Assembly (NCBI GenBank): GCA_964016885.1
Contig: OZ024741.1
Coordinates: 20,584,001-20,648,000 of the forward strand
From: Eledone cirrhosa
Lineage: Eukaryota
DNA length: 64,000 nucleotides
Direction: 5' to 3'
Positions 37,501 to 52,360 of this stretch are shown piece after piece; positions within the stretch are counted from its first letter, which is position 1; the number at the start of each line of letters is the position of its first letter. A program made the position numbers and the translations under genes. The notes below the pieces were generated by a model. That model saw only the letters and a program-made list of their open reading frames with translations, had not been told where the DNA came from and made no database searches.

Positions 37501-40500
37501 TAGCAGAACAGGCCAGATCTAGAGTCTCTGATATGGCTATCATAAGATAGTCTAGCAGAACAGGTCACATCAAGAGTCTCTAATATGGCTATCATAGGAT
37601 AGTCTAGCAGAACAGGCCAGATCTAGAGTCCCTGATATGGCTATCATAAGATAGTCTAGCAGAACAGGCCAGATCTAGAGTCTCTGATATGGCTATCATA
37701 AGATAGTCTAGCAGAACAGGTCACATCAAGAGTCTCTGATATGGCTATCATAAGATAGTCTAGCAGAACAGGTCACATCAAGAGTCTCTTATATGGCTAT
37801 CATAGGATAGTCTAGCAGAACAGGCCAGATCTAGAGTCCCTGATATGGCTATCATAAGATAGTCTAGCAGAACAGGCCAGATCTAGAGTCTCTGATATGG
37901 CTATCATAAGATAGTCTAGCAGAACAGGTCACATCAAGAGTCTCTGATATGGCTATCATAAGATAGTCTAGCAGAACAGGTCACATCAAGAGTCTCTTAT
38001 ATGGCTATCATAAGATAGTCTAGCAGAACAGGCCAGATCTAGAGTATCTGATATGGCTATCATAAGATAGTCTAGCAGAGCAGGTCACATCTAGAGTCTC
38101 AGATATGACTATCATAAGATAGTCTAGCAGAACAGGCCAGATCTAGAGTCTCTTATATGGCTATCATAAGATAGTCTAGCAGAACAGGTCACATCAAGAG
38201 TCTCTAATATGGCTATCATAAGATAGTCTAGCAGAACAGGCCAGATCTAGAGTCTCTGATATGGCTATCATAAGATAGTCTAGCAGAACAGGTCACATCA
38301 AGAGTCTCTGATATGGCTATCATAAGATAGTCTAGCAGAACAGGTCACATCAAGAGTCTCTTATATGGCTATCATAGGATAGTCTAGCAGAACAGGCCAG
38401 ATCTAGAGTCCCTGATATGGCTATCATAAGATAGTCTAGCAGAACAGGCCAGATCTAGAGTCTCTGATATGGCTATCATAAGATAGTCTAGCAGAACAGG
38501 TCACATCAAGAGTCTCTGATATGGCTATCATAAGATAGTCTAGCAGAACAGGTCACATCAAGAGTCTCTTATATGGCTATCATAAGATAGTCTAGCAGAA
38601 CAGGCCAGATCTAGAGTATCTGATATGGCTATCATAAGATAGTCTAGCAGAGCAGGTCACATCTAGAGTCTCAGATATGACTATCATAAGATAGTCTAGC
38701 AGAACAGGCCAGATCTAGAGTCTCTTATATGGCTATCATAAGATAGTCTAGCAGAACAGGTCACATCAAGAGTCTCTAATATGGCTATCATAAGATAGTC
38801 TAGCAGAACAGGCCAGATCTAGAGTCTCTGATATGGCTATCATAAGATAGTCTAGCAGAACAGGTCACATCTAGAGTCTCTGATATGGCTATCATAAGAT
38901 AGTCTAGCAGAACAGCCCACATCTAGAGTCTCTGATATGGCTATCATAAGATAGTCTAGCAGAACAGGTCACATCTAGAGTCTCTGATACAGCTATCATA
39001 AGATAGTCTAGCAGAACAGGCCTGATCTAGAGTCTCTGATGTGGCTATCATAAGATAGTCTAGCAGAACAGGCCAGATCTAGAGTCTCTGATACAGCTAT
39101 CATAAGATAGTCTAGCAGAACAGGTCTTATCTAGAGTCTCTTATGTGGCTATCATAGGATAGTCTAGCAGAACAGGTCAGATCTAGAGTCTCTGATACAG
39201 CTATCATAAGATAGTCTAGCAGAACAGGCCAGATCTAGAGTCTCTGATATGGCTATCATAAGATAGTCTAGCAGAACAGGTCACATCTAGAGTCTCTGAT
39301 ATGGCTATCATAAGATAGTCTAGCAGAACAGGCCACATCTAGAGTCTCTGATACAGCTATCATAAGATAGTCTAGCAGAACAGGTCACATCTAGAGTCTC
39401 TTGTATGGCTATCATAAGATAGTCTAGCAGAACAGGCCACATCTAGAGTCTCTTATATGGCTATCATAGGATAGTCTAGCAGAACAGGTCAGATCTAGAG
39501 TCTCTGATACAGCTATCATAAGATAGTCTAGCAGAACAGGCCAGATCTAGAGTCCCTGATTTGACTATCATAAGATAGTCTAGCAGAACAGGTCACATCT
39601 AGAGTCTCTGATATGGCTATCATAAGATAGTCTAGCAGAACAGGTCAGATCTAGAGTCTCTGATACAGCTATCATAAGATAGTCTAGCAGAACAGGTCAC
39701 ATCAAGAGTCTCTGATACAGCTATCATAGGATAGTCTAGCAGAACAGGTCACATCCAGAGTCTCTGATATGGCTATCATAAGATAGTCTAGCAGAACAGG
39801 TCACATCAAGAGTCTCTGATATGGCTATCATAAGATAGTCTAGCAGAACAGGTCACATCTAGAGTCTCTGATACAGCTATCATAAGATAGTCTAGCAGAA
39901 CAGGTCTTATCTAGAGTCTCTTATGTGGCTATCATAAGATAGTCCAGCAGAACAGGCCACATCTAGAGTCTCTGATACAGCTATCATAAGATAGTCTAGC
40001 AGAACAGGTCACATCTAGAGTCTCTTATATGGCTATCATAAGATAGTCTAGCAGAACAGGTCACATCAAGAGTCTCTGATATGGCTATCATAAGATAGTC
40101 TAGCAGAACAGGTCACATCAAGAGTCTCTTATATGGCTATCATAAGATAGTCTAGCAGAACAGGCCAGATCTAGAGTATCTGATATGGCTATCATAAGAT
40201 AGTCTAGCAGAACAGGTCACATCTAGAGTCTCAGATATGACTATCATAAGATAGTCTAGCAGAACAGGTCACATCTAGAGTCTCTGATATGGCTATCATA
40301 GGATAGTCTAGTAGAACAGGTCACATCTAGAGTCTCTTATATGGCTATCATAAGATAGTCTAGCAGAACAGGTCACATCAAGAGTCTCTTATATGGCTAT
40401 CATAAGATAGTCTAGCAGAACAGGCCAGATCTAGAGTATCTGATATGGCTATCATAAGATAGTCTAGCAGAACAGGTCACATCTAGAGTCTCTGATATGG

Positions 40501-43500
40501 CTATCATAAGATAGTCTAGCAGAACAGGTCACATCTAGAGTCTCTTATATGGCTATCATAAGATAGTCTAGCAGAACAGGTCACATCTAGAGTCTCTTAT
40601 ATGGCTATCATAAGATAGTCTAGCAGAACAGGCCAGATCTAGAGTCTCTGATATGGCTATCATAAGATAGTCTAGCAGAACAGGTCACATCTAGAGTCTC
40701 AGATATGACTATCATAAGATAGTCTAGCAGAACAGGTCACATCTAGAGTCTCTGATATGGCTATCATAAGATAGTCTAGCAGAACAGGTCACATCAAGAG
40801 TCTCTGATACAGCTATCGTAAGATAGTCTAGCAGAACAGGTCACATCTAGAGTCTCTGATATGGCTATCATAAGATAGTCTAGCAGAACAGGTCACATCT
40901 AGAGTCTCTGATACAGCTATCATAAGATAGTCTGGCAGAACAGGCCAGATCTAGAGTCTCTGATATGGCTATCATAGGATAGTCTAGCAGAACAGGTCAC
41001 ATCAAGAGTCTCTGATATGGCTATCATAAGATAGTCTAGCAGAACAGGTCAGATCTAGAGTCTCTGATACAGCTATCATAAGATAGTCTAGCAGAACAGT
41101 TCTTATCTAGAGTCTCTTATGTGGCTATCATAAGATAGTCCAGCAGAACAGGCCACATCTAGAGTCTCTGATACAGCTATCATAAGATAGTCTAGCAGAA
41201 CAGGTCACATCTAGAGTCTCTTATATGGCTATCATAAGATAGTCTAGCAGAACAGGTCACATCAAGAGTCTCTGATATGGCTATCATAAGATAGTCTAGC
41301 AGAACAGGTCACATCAAGAGTCTCTTATATGGCTATCATAAGATAGTCTAGCAGAACAGGCCAGATCTAGAGTATCTGATATGGCTATCATAAGATAGTC
41401 TAGCAGAACAGGTCACATCTAGAGTCTCTGATATGGCTATCATAGGATAGTCTAGCAGAACAGGTCACATCAAGAGTCTCTTATATGGCTATCATAAGAT
41501 AGTCTAGCAGAACAGGTCACATCAAGAGTCTCTGATATGGCTATCATAAGATAGTCTAGCAGAACAGGTCACATCAAGAGTCTCTTATATGGCTATCATA
41601 AGATAGTCTAGCAGAACAGGTCACATCAAGAGTCTCTGATATGGCTATCATAAGATAGTCTAGCAGAACAGGTCACATCAAGAGTCTCTGATACAGCTAT
41701 CATAAGATAGTCTAGCAGAACAGGTCACATCTAAAGTCTCTGATATGGCTATCATAAGATAGTCTAGCAGAACAGGTCACATCTAGAGTCTCTGATACAG
41801 CTATCATAAGATAGTCTAGCAGAACAGGCCAGATCTAGAGTCCCTGATTTGACTATCATAAGATAGTCTAGCAGAACAGGTCACATCTAGAGTCTCTGAT
41901 ATGGCTATCATAAGATAGTCTAGCAGAACAGGTCAGATCTAGAGTCTCTGATACAGCTATCATAAGATAGTCTAGCAGAACAGGTCACATCAAGAGTCTC
42001 TGATACAGCTATCATAGGATAGTCTAGCAGAACAGGCCACATCTAGAGTCTCTGATATGGCTATCATAAGATAGTCTAGCAGAACAGGTCACATCTAGAG
42101 TCTCTGATACAGCTATCATAAGATAGCCTAGCAGAACAGGTCACATCTAGAGTCTCTGATATGGCTATCATAAGATAGTCTAGCAGAACAGGCCTGATCT
42201 AGAGTCTCTGATGTGGCTATCATAAGATAGTCTAGCAGAACAGGCCAGATCTAGAGTCCCTGATATGGCTATCATAAGATAGTCTAGCAGAACAGGCCAG
42301 ATCTAGAGTCTCTGATATGGCTATCATAAGATAGTCTAGCAGAACAGGTCACATCAAGAGTCTCTGATATGGCTATCATAAGATAGTCTAGCAGAACAGG
42401 TCACATCAAGAGTCTCTAATATGGCTATCATAAGATAGTCTAGCAGAACAGGCCAGATCTAGAGTCTCTGATATGGCTATCATAAGATAGTCTAGCAGAA
42501 CAGGTCACATCTAGAGTCTAAGATATGACTATCATTAGATAGTCTAGCAGAACAGGTCACATCTAGAGTCTCTGATACAGCTATCATAAGATAGTCTAGC
42601 AGAACAGGTCACATCAAAAGTCTCTGATACAGCTACCATAGGATAGTCTAGCAGAACAGGTCACATCGAGAGTCTCTTATATGGCTATCATAAGATAGTC
42701 TAGCAGAACAGGTCACATCTAGAGTCTCTTATATGGCTATCATAAGATAGTCTAGCAGAACAGGTCAGATCTAGAGTCTCTGATACAGCTATCATAAGAT
42801 AGTCTAGCAGAACAGGTCACATCTAGAGTCTCTTATATGGCTATCATAAGATAGTCTAGCAGAACAGGTCACATCAAGAGTCTCTGATATGGCTATCATA
42901 AGATAGTCTAGCAGAACAGGTCACATCTAGAGTCTCAGATATGACTATCATAAGATAGTCTAGCAGAACAGGTCACATCTAGAGTCTCTCATATGGCTAT
43001 CATAAGATAGTCTAGCAGAACAAGTCTTATCTAGAGTCTCTTATGTGGCTATCATAGGATAGTCTAGCAGAACAGGCCAGATCTAGTGTCTCTGATACAG
43101 CTATCATAAGATAGTCTAGCAGAACAGGTCACATCTAGAGTCTCTGATATGGCTATCATAAGATAGTCTAGCAGAACAGGCCACATCTAGAGTCTCTGAT
43201 ACAGCTATCATAAGATAGTCTAGCAGAACAGGTCACATCTAGAGTCTCTCATATGGCTATCATAAGATAGTCTAGCAGAACAGGTCACATCAAGAGTCTC
43301 TGATTTGGCTATCATAAGATAGTCTAGCAGAACAGGTCACATCTAGAGTCTCTGATATGGCTATCATAAGATAGTCTAGCAGAACAGGCCACATCTAGAG
43401 TCTCTGATACAGCTATCATAAGATAGTCTAGCAGAACAGGTCACATCTAGAGTCTCTAATATGGCTATCATAGGATTGTCTAGCAGAGCAGGCCAGATCT

Positions 43501-44473
43501 AGAGTCCCTGATATGGCTATCATAAGATAGTCTAGCAGAACAGGTCACATCAAGAGTCTCTAATATGGCTATCATAAGATAGTCTAGCAGAACAGGGCAG
43601 ATCTAGAGTCTCTGATACAGCTATCATAAGATAGTCTAGCAGAACAGGCCAGATCTAGAGTCTCTGATATGGCTATCATAAGATAGTCTAGCAGAACAGG
43701 TCACATCTAGAGTCTCTGATACAGCTATCATAAGATAGCCTAGCAGAACAGGTCACATCTAGAGTCTCTGATATAGCTATCATAGGATAGTCTAGCAGAA
43801 CAGGTCAGATCTAGAGTCTCTGATACAGCTATCATAAGATAGTCTAGCAGAACAGGCCAGATCTAGAGTCTCTGATATGGCTATCATAAGATAGTCTAGC
43901 AGAACAGGTCACATCAAGAGTCTCTGATACAGCTATCATAGGATAGTCTAGCAGAACAGGTCACATCTAGAGTCTCTGATATGGCTATCATAAGATAGTC
44001 TAGCAGAACAGGCCACATCTAGAGTCTCTGATATGGCTATCATAAGATAGTCTAGCAGAACATGCCAGATCTATAGTCTCTGATATGGCTATCATAAGAT
44101 AGTCTAGCAGAACAGGTTACATCAAGAGTCTCTGATATGGCTATCATAAGATAGTCTAGCAGAACAGGTCACATCTAGAGTCCCTGATGTGGCTATCATA
44201 AGATAGTCTAGCAGAACAGGTCACATCTAGAGTCCCTGATATGGCTATCATAAGATAGTCTAGCAGAACAGGCCAGATCTAGAGTCTCTGATGTGGCTAT
44301 CATAAGATAGTCTAGCAGAACAGGCCAGATCTAGAGTCTCTGATGTGGCTATCATAAGATAGTCTAGCAGAACAGGCCAGATCTAGAGTCTCTGATGTGG
44401 CTATCATAAGATAGTCTAGCAGAACAGGCCAGATCTAGAGTCTCTGATATGACTATCATAGGATAGTCTAGCA
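34509..44473. repeat. 52-bp satellite, about 190 units (TCTCTGATATGGCTATCATAAGATAGTCTAGCAGAACAGGTCACATCTAGAG)
   Basis: Direct periodicity; about 1.5 more units at 55741-55818. Confidence 0.99.
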
Positions 44474-45084
44474 CAAAGGTTCTCAACCCATTTCGGCCAA
44501 ATGCTCCCGTTTTCCCTTTGAAATCACGAAACGCCCCCTACCCTATTTTTCCATTTATCAATATACTACTGATTTTGATATCAGTAGATTACTAAAAAAT
44601 TGATTAACGATATTCCAAAGATACCATTGCAGGCAGCTGAGAGTATAAATACATTCCTTGAAAGGAAGTATATAGATTTCAAAAAAAGGAACATAAATGT
44701 TCTATTTCATGAATTAGGACCAGTTGAATTTGTTATATTCCCACCAGGCGATAGCAGCTATTTTGAACATTTATACAAGAGCAACTCTGTCTATCCAAAG
44801 AGTGCTCTTATCTGGAAGAAAGTGGCAATTGTATTATTTCAAAGCTTTCCAATTTTCCCTTTAATGAAACGGACAGAATAAACGTTGATATCTAACTTGA
44901 TGTCCCCTCTGCTTTGTAAGCTTAGAGACCACGCAAGAGGGTTTTCATGACCACGTAAGAGGGTATATTCATTAGTAAACTGTAAAATATATACAACAAA
45001 TGAGTAAGTGAATTGTGGTAGATGGTTTCCAGTCCAGTGAGACTGCAACTACAAATAAAAAAATCGACTTACTTTGACCTCGTA

Positions 45085-46844
45085 TCAATGGGACCCTTGA
45101 GCTTCATGGAGTTAACTCTTTCACGTCAGGCTGGATTTTCGTGAGCTGTAGCCGGAGATCTCCACGTGCAATCACATTGTAGCGGTTGCAAGCCTTACTA
45201 TGCAGTCTGGAAACAACGCCAAACCCCCTCTCAACTAAGTATGAGCTAGGAAAAGGCAAAGCAAATCTCTTAGCCTCTGCATGTAGGAGTGGAAATCGAC
45301 GCTGAATTTACTCTTGCATCCCATAAAGAGGTTCACCTATTTTGGAAAATTTTATTTTGATAATGTCATCTGTCTGAAGTTCAATTAATTCTTCCTGAAA
45401 TTTAACGTTGAAATCGTCGACGTTGGCTATGAAGGGATCTGCTATCCACATTGGGATGTCCATCTGCAAAAGGTCGACAAACCGTTCTCTCATGTTGTCT
45501 TGTAGTGCACGGAGGTGCGCGGTATAAATTTGCAGTTGGTCATCGCTCACAATGTTTTGAACATTGGCGACATTAGGAAAATTATAGAATTCCCGTCGAC
45601 AAAGATTCCTTTCGATGACTTTCAATTTGGCCAGGAATATTTTTACAGCATTCCTTGCTTTAAACAAGGTGATCTTCTCCCCCTGCAAAGCCATACTGAG
45701 GCTATTGCATTTGTCAAAGATGTCCGCGAGGTAGGCGCAGTCTTGCCTCACATCGAGGGTTTTTTTTATATAGTTCTGTGTTGCGTCCTCGAAGAAACTC
45801 AATGATAGAGTTGAACAGTTCAAAGAAGCGAGTAAGGCACTTGCCCTTTGAAAGCCACCTCACTTCAGTATGAAGGAGCAACTCGACGAATTCTTCGTCA
45901 TTATCTTCGCACAGTTGCCGGAAAATTCGTTCATTGAGGGCATGGCGTTTGATATAATTGATGACATCAATGGCTACCTGCAAAGACTTGCTCAGCGGCT
46001 CGCTGAGTTTCTTCGCAGCCAAGTGTTGTCGATGAATGACACAATTAACAACAAATACAGATGGATTTTCCCTCTTCAGAAGAGAGACGAAACCCTTATG
46101 TTGGCCGACAATTGCTCTTGCGCCGTCCATAGCACATGATGCAATATTGTTAAGAGGTATCCCTTGACAGATTCAAAGATCGTGGCACCTTTAGTATCTG
46201 TGGCTAGATTCAGAGTGAAGAGAAGCTCCTCGTGCATTTCGTTTTGGTGGAAAAATCGCACGTATCCCAGTAGTAAGGACTGATTCCCGGAAAGTGTGCT
46301 TTCATCAAGTTGTAAAACAAATTGTGTCGATTTCAAGATGTTGCATAATTTTTGTTCAACATTTTCCGCCATTTCGTCGATGCGTCTTTTTATTGAGTCG
46401 TTACTCAACGGAATACATTTCAAGGTCTTTAACGGGTTCTGACGTAGTACTGTTGAAAGAACTTCTGAGATGACAGGGGCTACCAATGCTTCACCCAAGG
46501 AATGGGGCTTGCCACACTTTGAGATTATGTTGGCAATATTGTAAGATGTGACAAGTCCATCAACATTTGAAGCTTCAACTTTTGAAAAGGAAGAAGAAAT
46601 TAGTGTTGTTATCTGGAATTGGTCCCTAAGAGACTGAAAGTATGCTAAATCTTTATATCTCTTATCGGGGTGCCTCACCTCCAGGTGTCTACTCAAACGC
46701 GATGGCTTCATCGCCTCATTTGAAAAGGACTCCTTGCAAATTAAACACATGGGTAACAGGTGGTTCGACGGCGATGGGATGAATCCGAACCGTAAGTAAT
46801 CAACGCTGTACTGCCTGCATATTTTTCTTCATTGCTGAGGCCAT
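45085..46844 (-). pseudogene. Frameshifted Buster/Charlie (ZBED5/ZBED8-like) hAT transposase
   Basis: RQYSVDYLRFGF, CLIC..MKPSRLSRHL, QLDEST, DGA, CVIHRQHL, HTEVRWLS and FPSSYLVERGF, split over several frames. Confidence 0.92.
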
Positions 46845-47829
46845 TTTCTGTTTAGCGAATGTGTTTGGTAAAGTTACGCAAAGATTTGCCTATATAAGCC
46901 TATAAAATTATGTATAAGGAACTTACTATAATGAGTCCTGTTCCAGTATGATAAAGTTTCAAGTAATGTTCTGGAATAACACTTTGTAATAAACACAACT
47001 GCAATGAAAAAGACAAATACTGTCATTAATTAACCAAGTCGAGACAAGTTATATATGAAGATTAACCAGTCTTTCATGTAGGAATAGTAATAACTTAGCT
47101 TGAGGGAATTATGGTGGCAGACTCAATAAAGGATCAACGAGGCAACGAGTTCAAGAGAACTTAATGCAAGAATGACTAGTAATGTGCTATTTTGAAATGG
47201 AATTCATCAATTAAGCACGTAGTGATAAGACGCGATAATACTAAGTTAAGACATTACTTATTAGTCAGAGTTACTCAAATTATCGCCCTTACCTTAATGC
47301 ATCACTGTGATATTCTTGTAATGGTGCTGCAATTATAATGGATAACTGTTGAAGACTACAAAAGCATTTCCTTAAACCCAAGGCTATAACAAGACTTGAT
47401 CGTAGTATAAACAGTCAGTTTATATAGGAATAGCAACAACCTAGTTATAGAATAAATGATGTGGAAATGCAATGAAGATAAGATGGGGTCAAGCAAACCG
47501 AATGTTAGTAAGAATGAGCTGAAGTATCGAGGTCAAGCCGAACACGGTGATGAACGGGTCAGTGAATAATGTTGCTCTTTTCCAGGAGCCTCGTTTGCCT
47601 TAAAAATGTGAGGGGGACAAACCAACATTTGTTGGAGCATTTTAGTATTACTTATGGTGTCTTTCCTGAACCCTATCACATAAGTAAAAATTTCTTTACG
47701 CTAATTAAATTTTATATATTCAAATGAAGTTCAGATATAAAAAAAAATAAGCTTAAAAAGTATTTATTATATCAAATAAACAAAAAATAAAACATAGACG
47801 TTTGAATGAAAATCATATAAAGTAAATTT

Positions 47830-48850
47830 GTCTTTTAGAACTTTCCAGATGTATCATATCTTGCATCATTGCTGTCAATAAATAATTTAGCAACTTCTTC
47901 ACAACTAATCTTTTTCAAAACATCTTTATGAACGTCTCATATTAGAATATGATTCAACCTTTGCTAAGTCATGGTCGATCGCAGCCAAGTTTTGAGTCTC
48001 TGCAGAGCGCTAAAAGATCTTTCAGCTTCACAAGAACTGGTTGGAAACATTAAAAGTAGCCTGAAAAATCGCACATCATTTAGAAACGGACTTCTGGTTG
48101 CATTTCACCGAATATTTTACGATGATCCTCGAGAGATGATCCACTATGATGATTTCTATAAAATAGTATTTTGTTCCTTAAAGAAAATTCATCAAGCTCT
48201 GGATACTGTATGATCACTTCAGCACAAACATTTCCTTCCTGGTATCTTTTAGGAACTTTTCATTGCCTGGGTAGCTCCAAAGGAGAGATATCGAGTTGAT
48301 AAATCATTTTTTCTGCTGTATTGAACAGCTCCTGAAATTTTTCTTCACTGCGTAGATTTTTCTTTAGCTCCTCCTGCACCAGTTTGACACTATGCAACAT
48401 GCTACCTAGATTGAAGGTGGTACTTTGAAAATATTTGTTCAATCCTTCAAAGAATTGAAGTAATGGAACTACAACATGCAATCCAAGAACATGGCCCGGA
48501 GAGTGACACGTAAGAATAACATTAGCTCTGGATGCAATGTTGGTGCCAAACTCATTTGTTGCCTCTTGTAAAGAAATAGGGACATCTGAATAATTGTCAA
48601 GAAGGGCTTTGACTGCAGAAAGTCATGTTAGCCATCGAGTAGGGCACACAGGTGTTAAGGAGCGTGGTGACGATACTTCATTTTCTTCATCATGTTGTGA
48701 TAAATACACTTGCTTAAATTTCCCTGATGTACTATATAGTTTCCGCAATTCATTCACGCAACCTAGAACATTTTTGATAAGTGAAGCTTGTTATACAGAC
48801 TTAGTTATAATAAGTTGAGCAATATGAATGCCGCAGTGCACGTAATGGGC
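47830..48850 (-). pseudogene. Degraded second hAT transposase (ZMYM1/Tip100-like C-terminal half)
   Basis: YVHC, CPTRW, FPTSSCEAERSFSALQRLKTWLRSTM (hAT dimerisation region); stops present. Confidence 0.8.
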
Positions 48851-49769
48851 CAAATCAAGTTATGTTAGAATCTTTAAAAAGATCTTTAAAAAATACCCGT
48901 ACGAATTAAATACGAAAAAAGTTTCAATCCAAAACAAAAGCAAACTATTTCAAATTACATATTTTTGAAAAGTAGACGTGAATGTTCTCAAAGACTTGAT
49001 TTCAGTCGAAAAAGCTTCTTTTTTAAAATTCTATATTTCACTGTTAGCTATTGTAATATTTTGATTGGATAAACAATTCTACAATTCAAACTGTAAAGTC
49101 AAAATACAAAAGATGTAAAATATGAAAAATTTCTTACCTTTCTCTGAAATCACAAAATCACGGGGAAAATAGTACCTTGCAAAATAAAATACTTAGCAAC
49201 GAATGAAGCTTGGGGACAGTGAGAAAGTAGTATTTGTATCCCATATATATATATATACATAGATAGATACACAGACATACACACACACACACACAAGTGT
49301 TTGTGGGTGTCTGTGTATCTATGTATATATATATTGGTTTGGGTACAGAAAGAATTTTGTCTACAGTTTTTTATTGCCAGGTCAAAGGCCACTGCTCTTT
49401 TCAACAACGCCAAATAACAACGCTCCACACACACACACACAGACATATATATATATATATATATATAAATGAAGAGAGAAAGAGGGAGGGACAGAGAGAG
49501 TAAGAAATGTGTGTGTGTTTGGTACACATCTATCTATCTCCAACAGGGGGCTCACACATGCGGCCCGCAAACTACTTATCTGTGGCCCGTGGTAGAACCA
49601 ATATTTCATACCGCATTATGACTGGTGAAAATTTTCACCCACCACCACGTTTGGCCTCGTGCCTCTCCTCCAGGACGTAATAGCCCTTTTGTGTCCTTGG
49701 GTTTGAGAGCCCCCTTCTACACACACACAGACATATTTTACTTTTTTTTCTGTCTCTGGACTACGCCAT

Positions 49770-49975
49770 GCTGGAGCATCACCTTGGCATGTTATGGGGA
49801 CGTCAACAAACTAACAAGCATTGGTGGGAGGGCAAAGACACACACAGACATATATACATATATACGACAGGCTTCTTTTAGTTTCGATCTATCAAATCCA
49901 CTCACAGGGCTTTGGTCGGCCCGGGCAGTGGGACTGAACCCGGAAATATGTGGTTGGGAAACAAGCTTCTTGTCA
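49770..49975 (-). mobile_element. tRNA-derived SINE
   Basis: Minus-strand GGGTTCAGTCCC B-box-like motif and TGAGTGGATTTG..AACTAAAAGAAGCC. Confidence 0.6.
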
Positions 49976-49978
49976 CAC

Positions 49979-50011
<33 letters not shown>

Positions 50012-50678
50012 CCTTACACACTTAAATATTAATGCATGTATATATACAAATATATAAATGCATAGCTATATACATACGTAAATGTATGTATGTAGATTTA
50101 TATATATATATATATGTATGTATGAATGTAGATTTATATATATATATATATATATATGTATGTAGATATTTATTTATATATATATATGTATGTAGATTTA
50201 TATATATATGGATGAAGATTTATATATATATATATATGTGTAGATTTATATATATATGTATGTAGATTTATATATATATGTATGTATGTAGATTTATGTA
50301 TATATATATATGTATGTATATATATATATGTATATATATATATATGTATGTATCATCATCGTCCATCTTCCACGCTAGCATGGGTCTGGACGGGAATTGT
50401 CCCACTTGAGGCAAGATTGGTTGTCTTGCTCAGGACTGTCTGGCGGGTTTTCTACGGCTGGATGCCCTTCCTAACACCAACCACGTTTACAGTGTGGACT
50501 GGGAGGTTTTTACCGTGTTACCTACACGGCCACATTACAGCATGGACTGTGTGTTTTTTTGTCGTGACACCTACACGTCTGGCGGGTTTTCTATGGCTGG
50601 ATGCCCTTCCCAACACCAACCACGTTTACAGTATGTATATATATATGTATATGTATATATATGTATGTATGTATATAT

Positions 50679-51930
50679 ATCATCATCATCATCATCACCG
50701 TTTTACGTCCGTTCTTCCACGCTAGCATGGGTTAGATGGGTTGTCCTGTTGTGGGCAGTGTCTGGTCGGTTGACCATGCGTTGCTCATACAGGAACTGAT
50801 TTGGCTTGATTTCTACAGCTGGATGCCCTTCCTAACACCAACCTCATTTACAGTGAGTGCTGGGTGCTTTTTCGTGGCGCCTACACGTCCACTTTACAGT
50901 GTGGGCTGGGTGCTTTTTTTGCCGTGGCACCTCCACGGCCACCTTGCGGTGGGGAGTGTGGGGGCATATTGTCTATATGCTTCAGCTTGTACCCATGGGA
51001 GGTCGGGTACTCTGTATTACTGCGTGACGCCAGAAGTCACGGTCGTGTGTCATTGCCTTTGAGAGGTGTAATTGGGTAAGGTCGGCTTTTATCACCTCAT
51101 CCCAGGTCATCTTGGGTCTCCCCACTGCGCGGTTTCCATCAACTTCTAGTGCTCTGCACCTTTTTATGCAGCTGTCATCCTTCATACGCATCACATGTCC
51201 ATACCAGCGCAATTGCCTCTCCTGCACACAGCATTTGATACCTCTTATGCTCAGTCTCTCTCTCAATTCATTTATGCTTTGTCGTTCACGTATATTACTG
51301 TTACACATCCATCGGAGCATGCAGGCTTCGTTTCTCTCTAATCTACGTAAGTCTTCCACCTTCAGCGCCCAGGTCTCACTACCATGCAACATTGCTGTTC
51401 GGATACATGCATCATACAGTCTGCCTTTCATTCTGAGGGAGAAGCCTTTTGCAGCTAGCAGTGGTAGTAGTTCCCTAAACTTCTTCCATCCCGTTGTTAC
51501 CCTAGTTATTGTACTTTCTGAACACCGACCTCCGCTGCTAATTCGGTCACCTAGGTAGCAGAAGCTGTCTACTGTTTCTACAGGGCCCTCCCAGAGATTG
51601 GTGGTTCTTGTTTCCTGTGGCTGTTTGCTGCTTGCTGTCTCAGCACAGCTGCTGCACGTGAAGCCTACATTCTTAATTAAGCTTCCTGAGATCCCGCTAC
51701 ATCTCTTGTGTACCCATTGTTTGCATTTGGGGCAGAGAATGGAGTTCCTACCTACACCTTTCCTACATACTGAGCAAGGCCATTTCCCTGAGAGGATCTG
51801 GGTTCTGTTTTCTCGTCTACTTACAAGGACCTTAGTCTTTGTCATGTTTGGAATTTATTCTCTAGTTCTACCATAGATTCAGCTATGAGTGCGAGGTCAT
51901 CAGCATACAGGAGTTCCCATGGGCATCCGG
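50679..51930 (-). mobile_element. Second 5'-truncated copy of the RTE at 8768-11270 (small internal deletion at about 51848)
   Basis: Highly similar to 8768-10052 including the PHD finger and 3' UTR; the deletion joins at a GTT microhomology. Confidence 0.93.
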
Positions 51931-51940
51931 TGTATGTATG

Positions 51941-52003
<63 letters not shown>

Positions 52004-52034
52004 GTATATATATATATGTATGTATATATATGTA

Positions 52035-52199
52035 TCCACACTGTAAATGTGGTTGGTGTTAGGAAGGGTATCCAACCGTAGAAAACCCGCCAGACAGTCC
52101 TATGCGAGCAAGACAACCACTCTTACCTCAAGTGGGAAAACTCCCGTCCAAACCCATGCGAGCGTGGAATATGGACGTTAAACGATGATGATGATGATA
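52035..52199 (+). mobile_element. RTE subfamily B 3' tail, inverted relative to its neighbours
   Basis: Reverse-complement similarity to 50351-50497; ends in (ATG)n. Confidence 0.8.
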
Positions 52200-52312
52200 T
52201 ATATATGTATGTATGTATATTTATGTATGTATATTTATATATATATGTATATATATATAAATTTATATATATATAGAGTTCACAAGAATCAAAGCTATGT
52301 TCAAAGATTTAT

Positions 52313-52360
52313 TCACTTACAATTGTTTCATCCAAACCTAGGCTTGGATTTTTCAGAGCA
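52313..52360 (-). ncRNA. Degenerate minimal type I hammerhead ribozyme (PLE-type)
   Basis: UGCU-CUGAAAA-AUCCAAGC(CUAG)GUUUGGAU-GAAAC-AAUU-GUA-AGUG; core G8 is replaced by A. Confidence 0.6.

Noticed and set aside
1-44473. CRISPR-like appearance of the regular repeats
   Set aside because: Head-to-tail units with no unique spacers, no cas genes, eukaryotic context
34509-44473. 52-bp unit as a tandem hammerhead or retrozyme (CTGATA..hairpin..GAAC)
   Set aside because: Lacks the CUGANGA and GAAA core and the required stems on either strand
45085-46844. Domesticated ZBED5/ZBED8/SCAND3-like host gene
   Set aside because: Multiple frameshifts and enclosure by TIRs and a TSD indicate a dead transposon
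49544-49600. hAT-like terminus CAGGGGGCTCACAC..GCGGCCCG
   Set aside because: No matching opposite TIR or TSD found, so no element could be delimited
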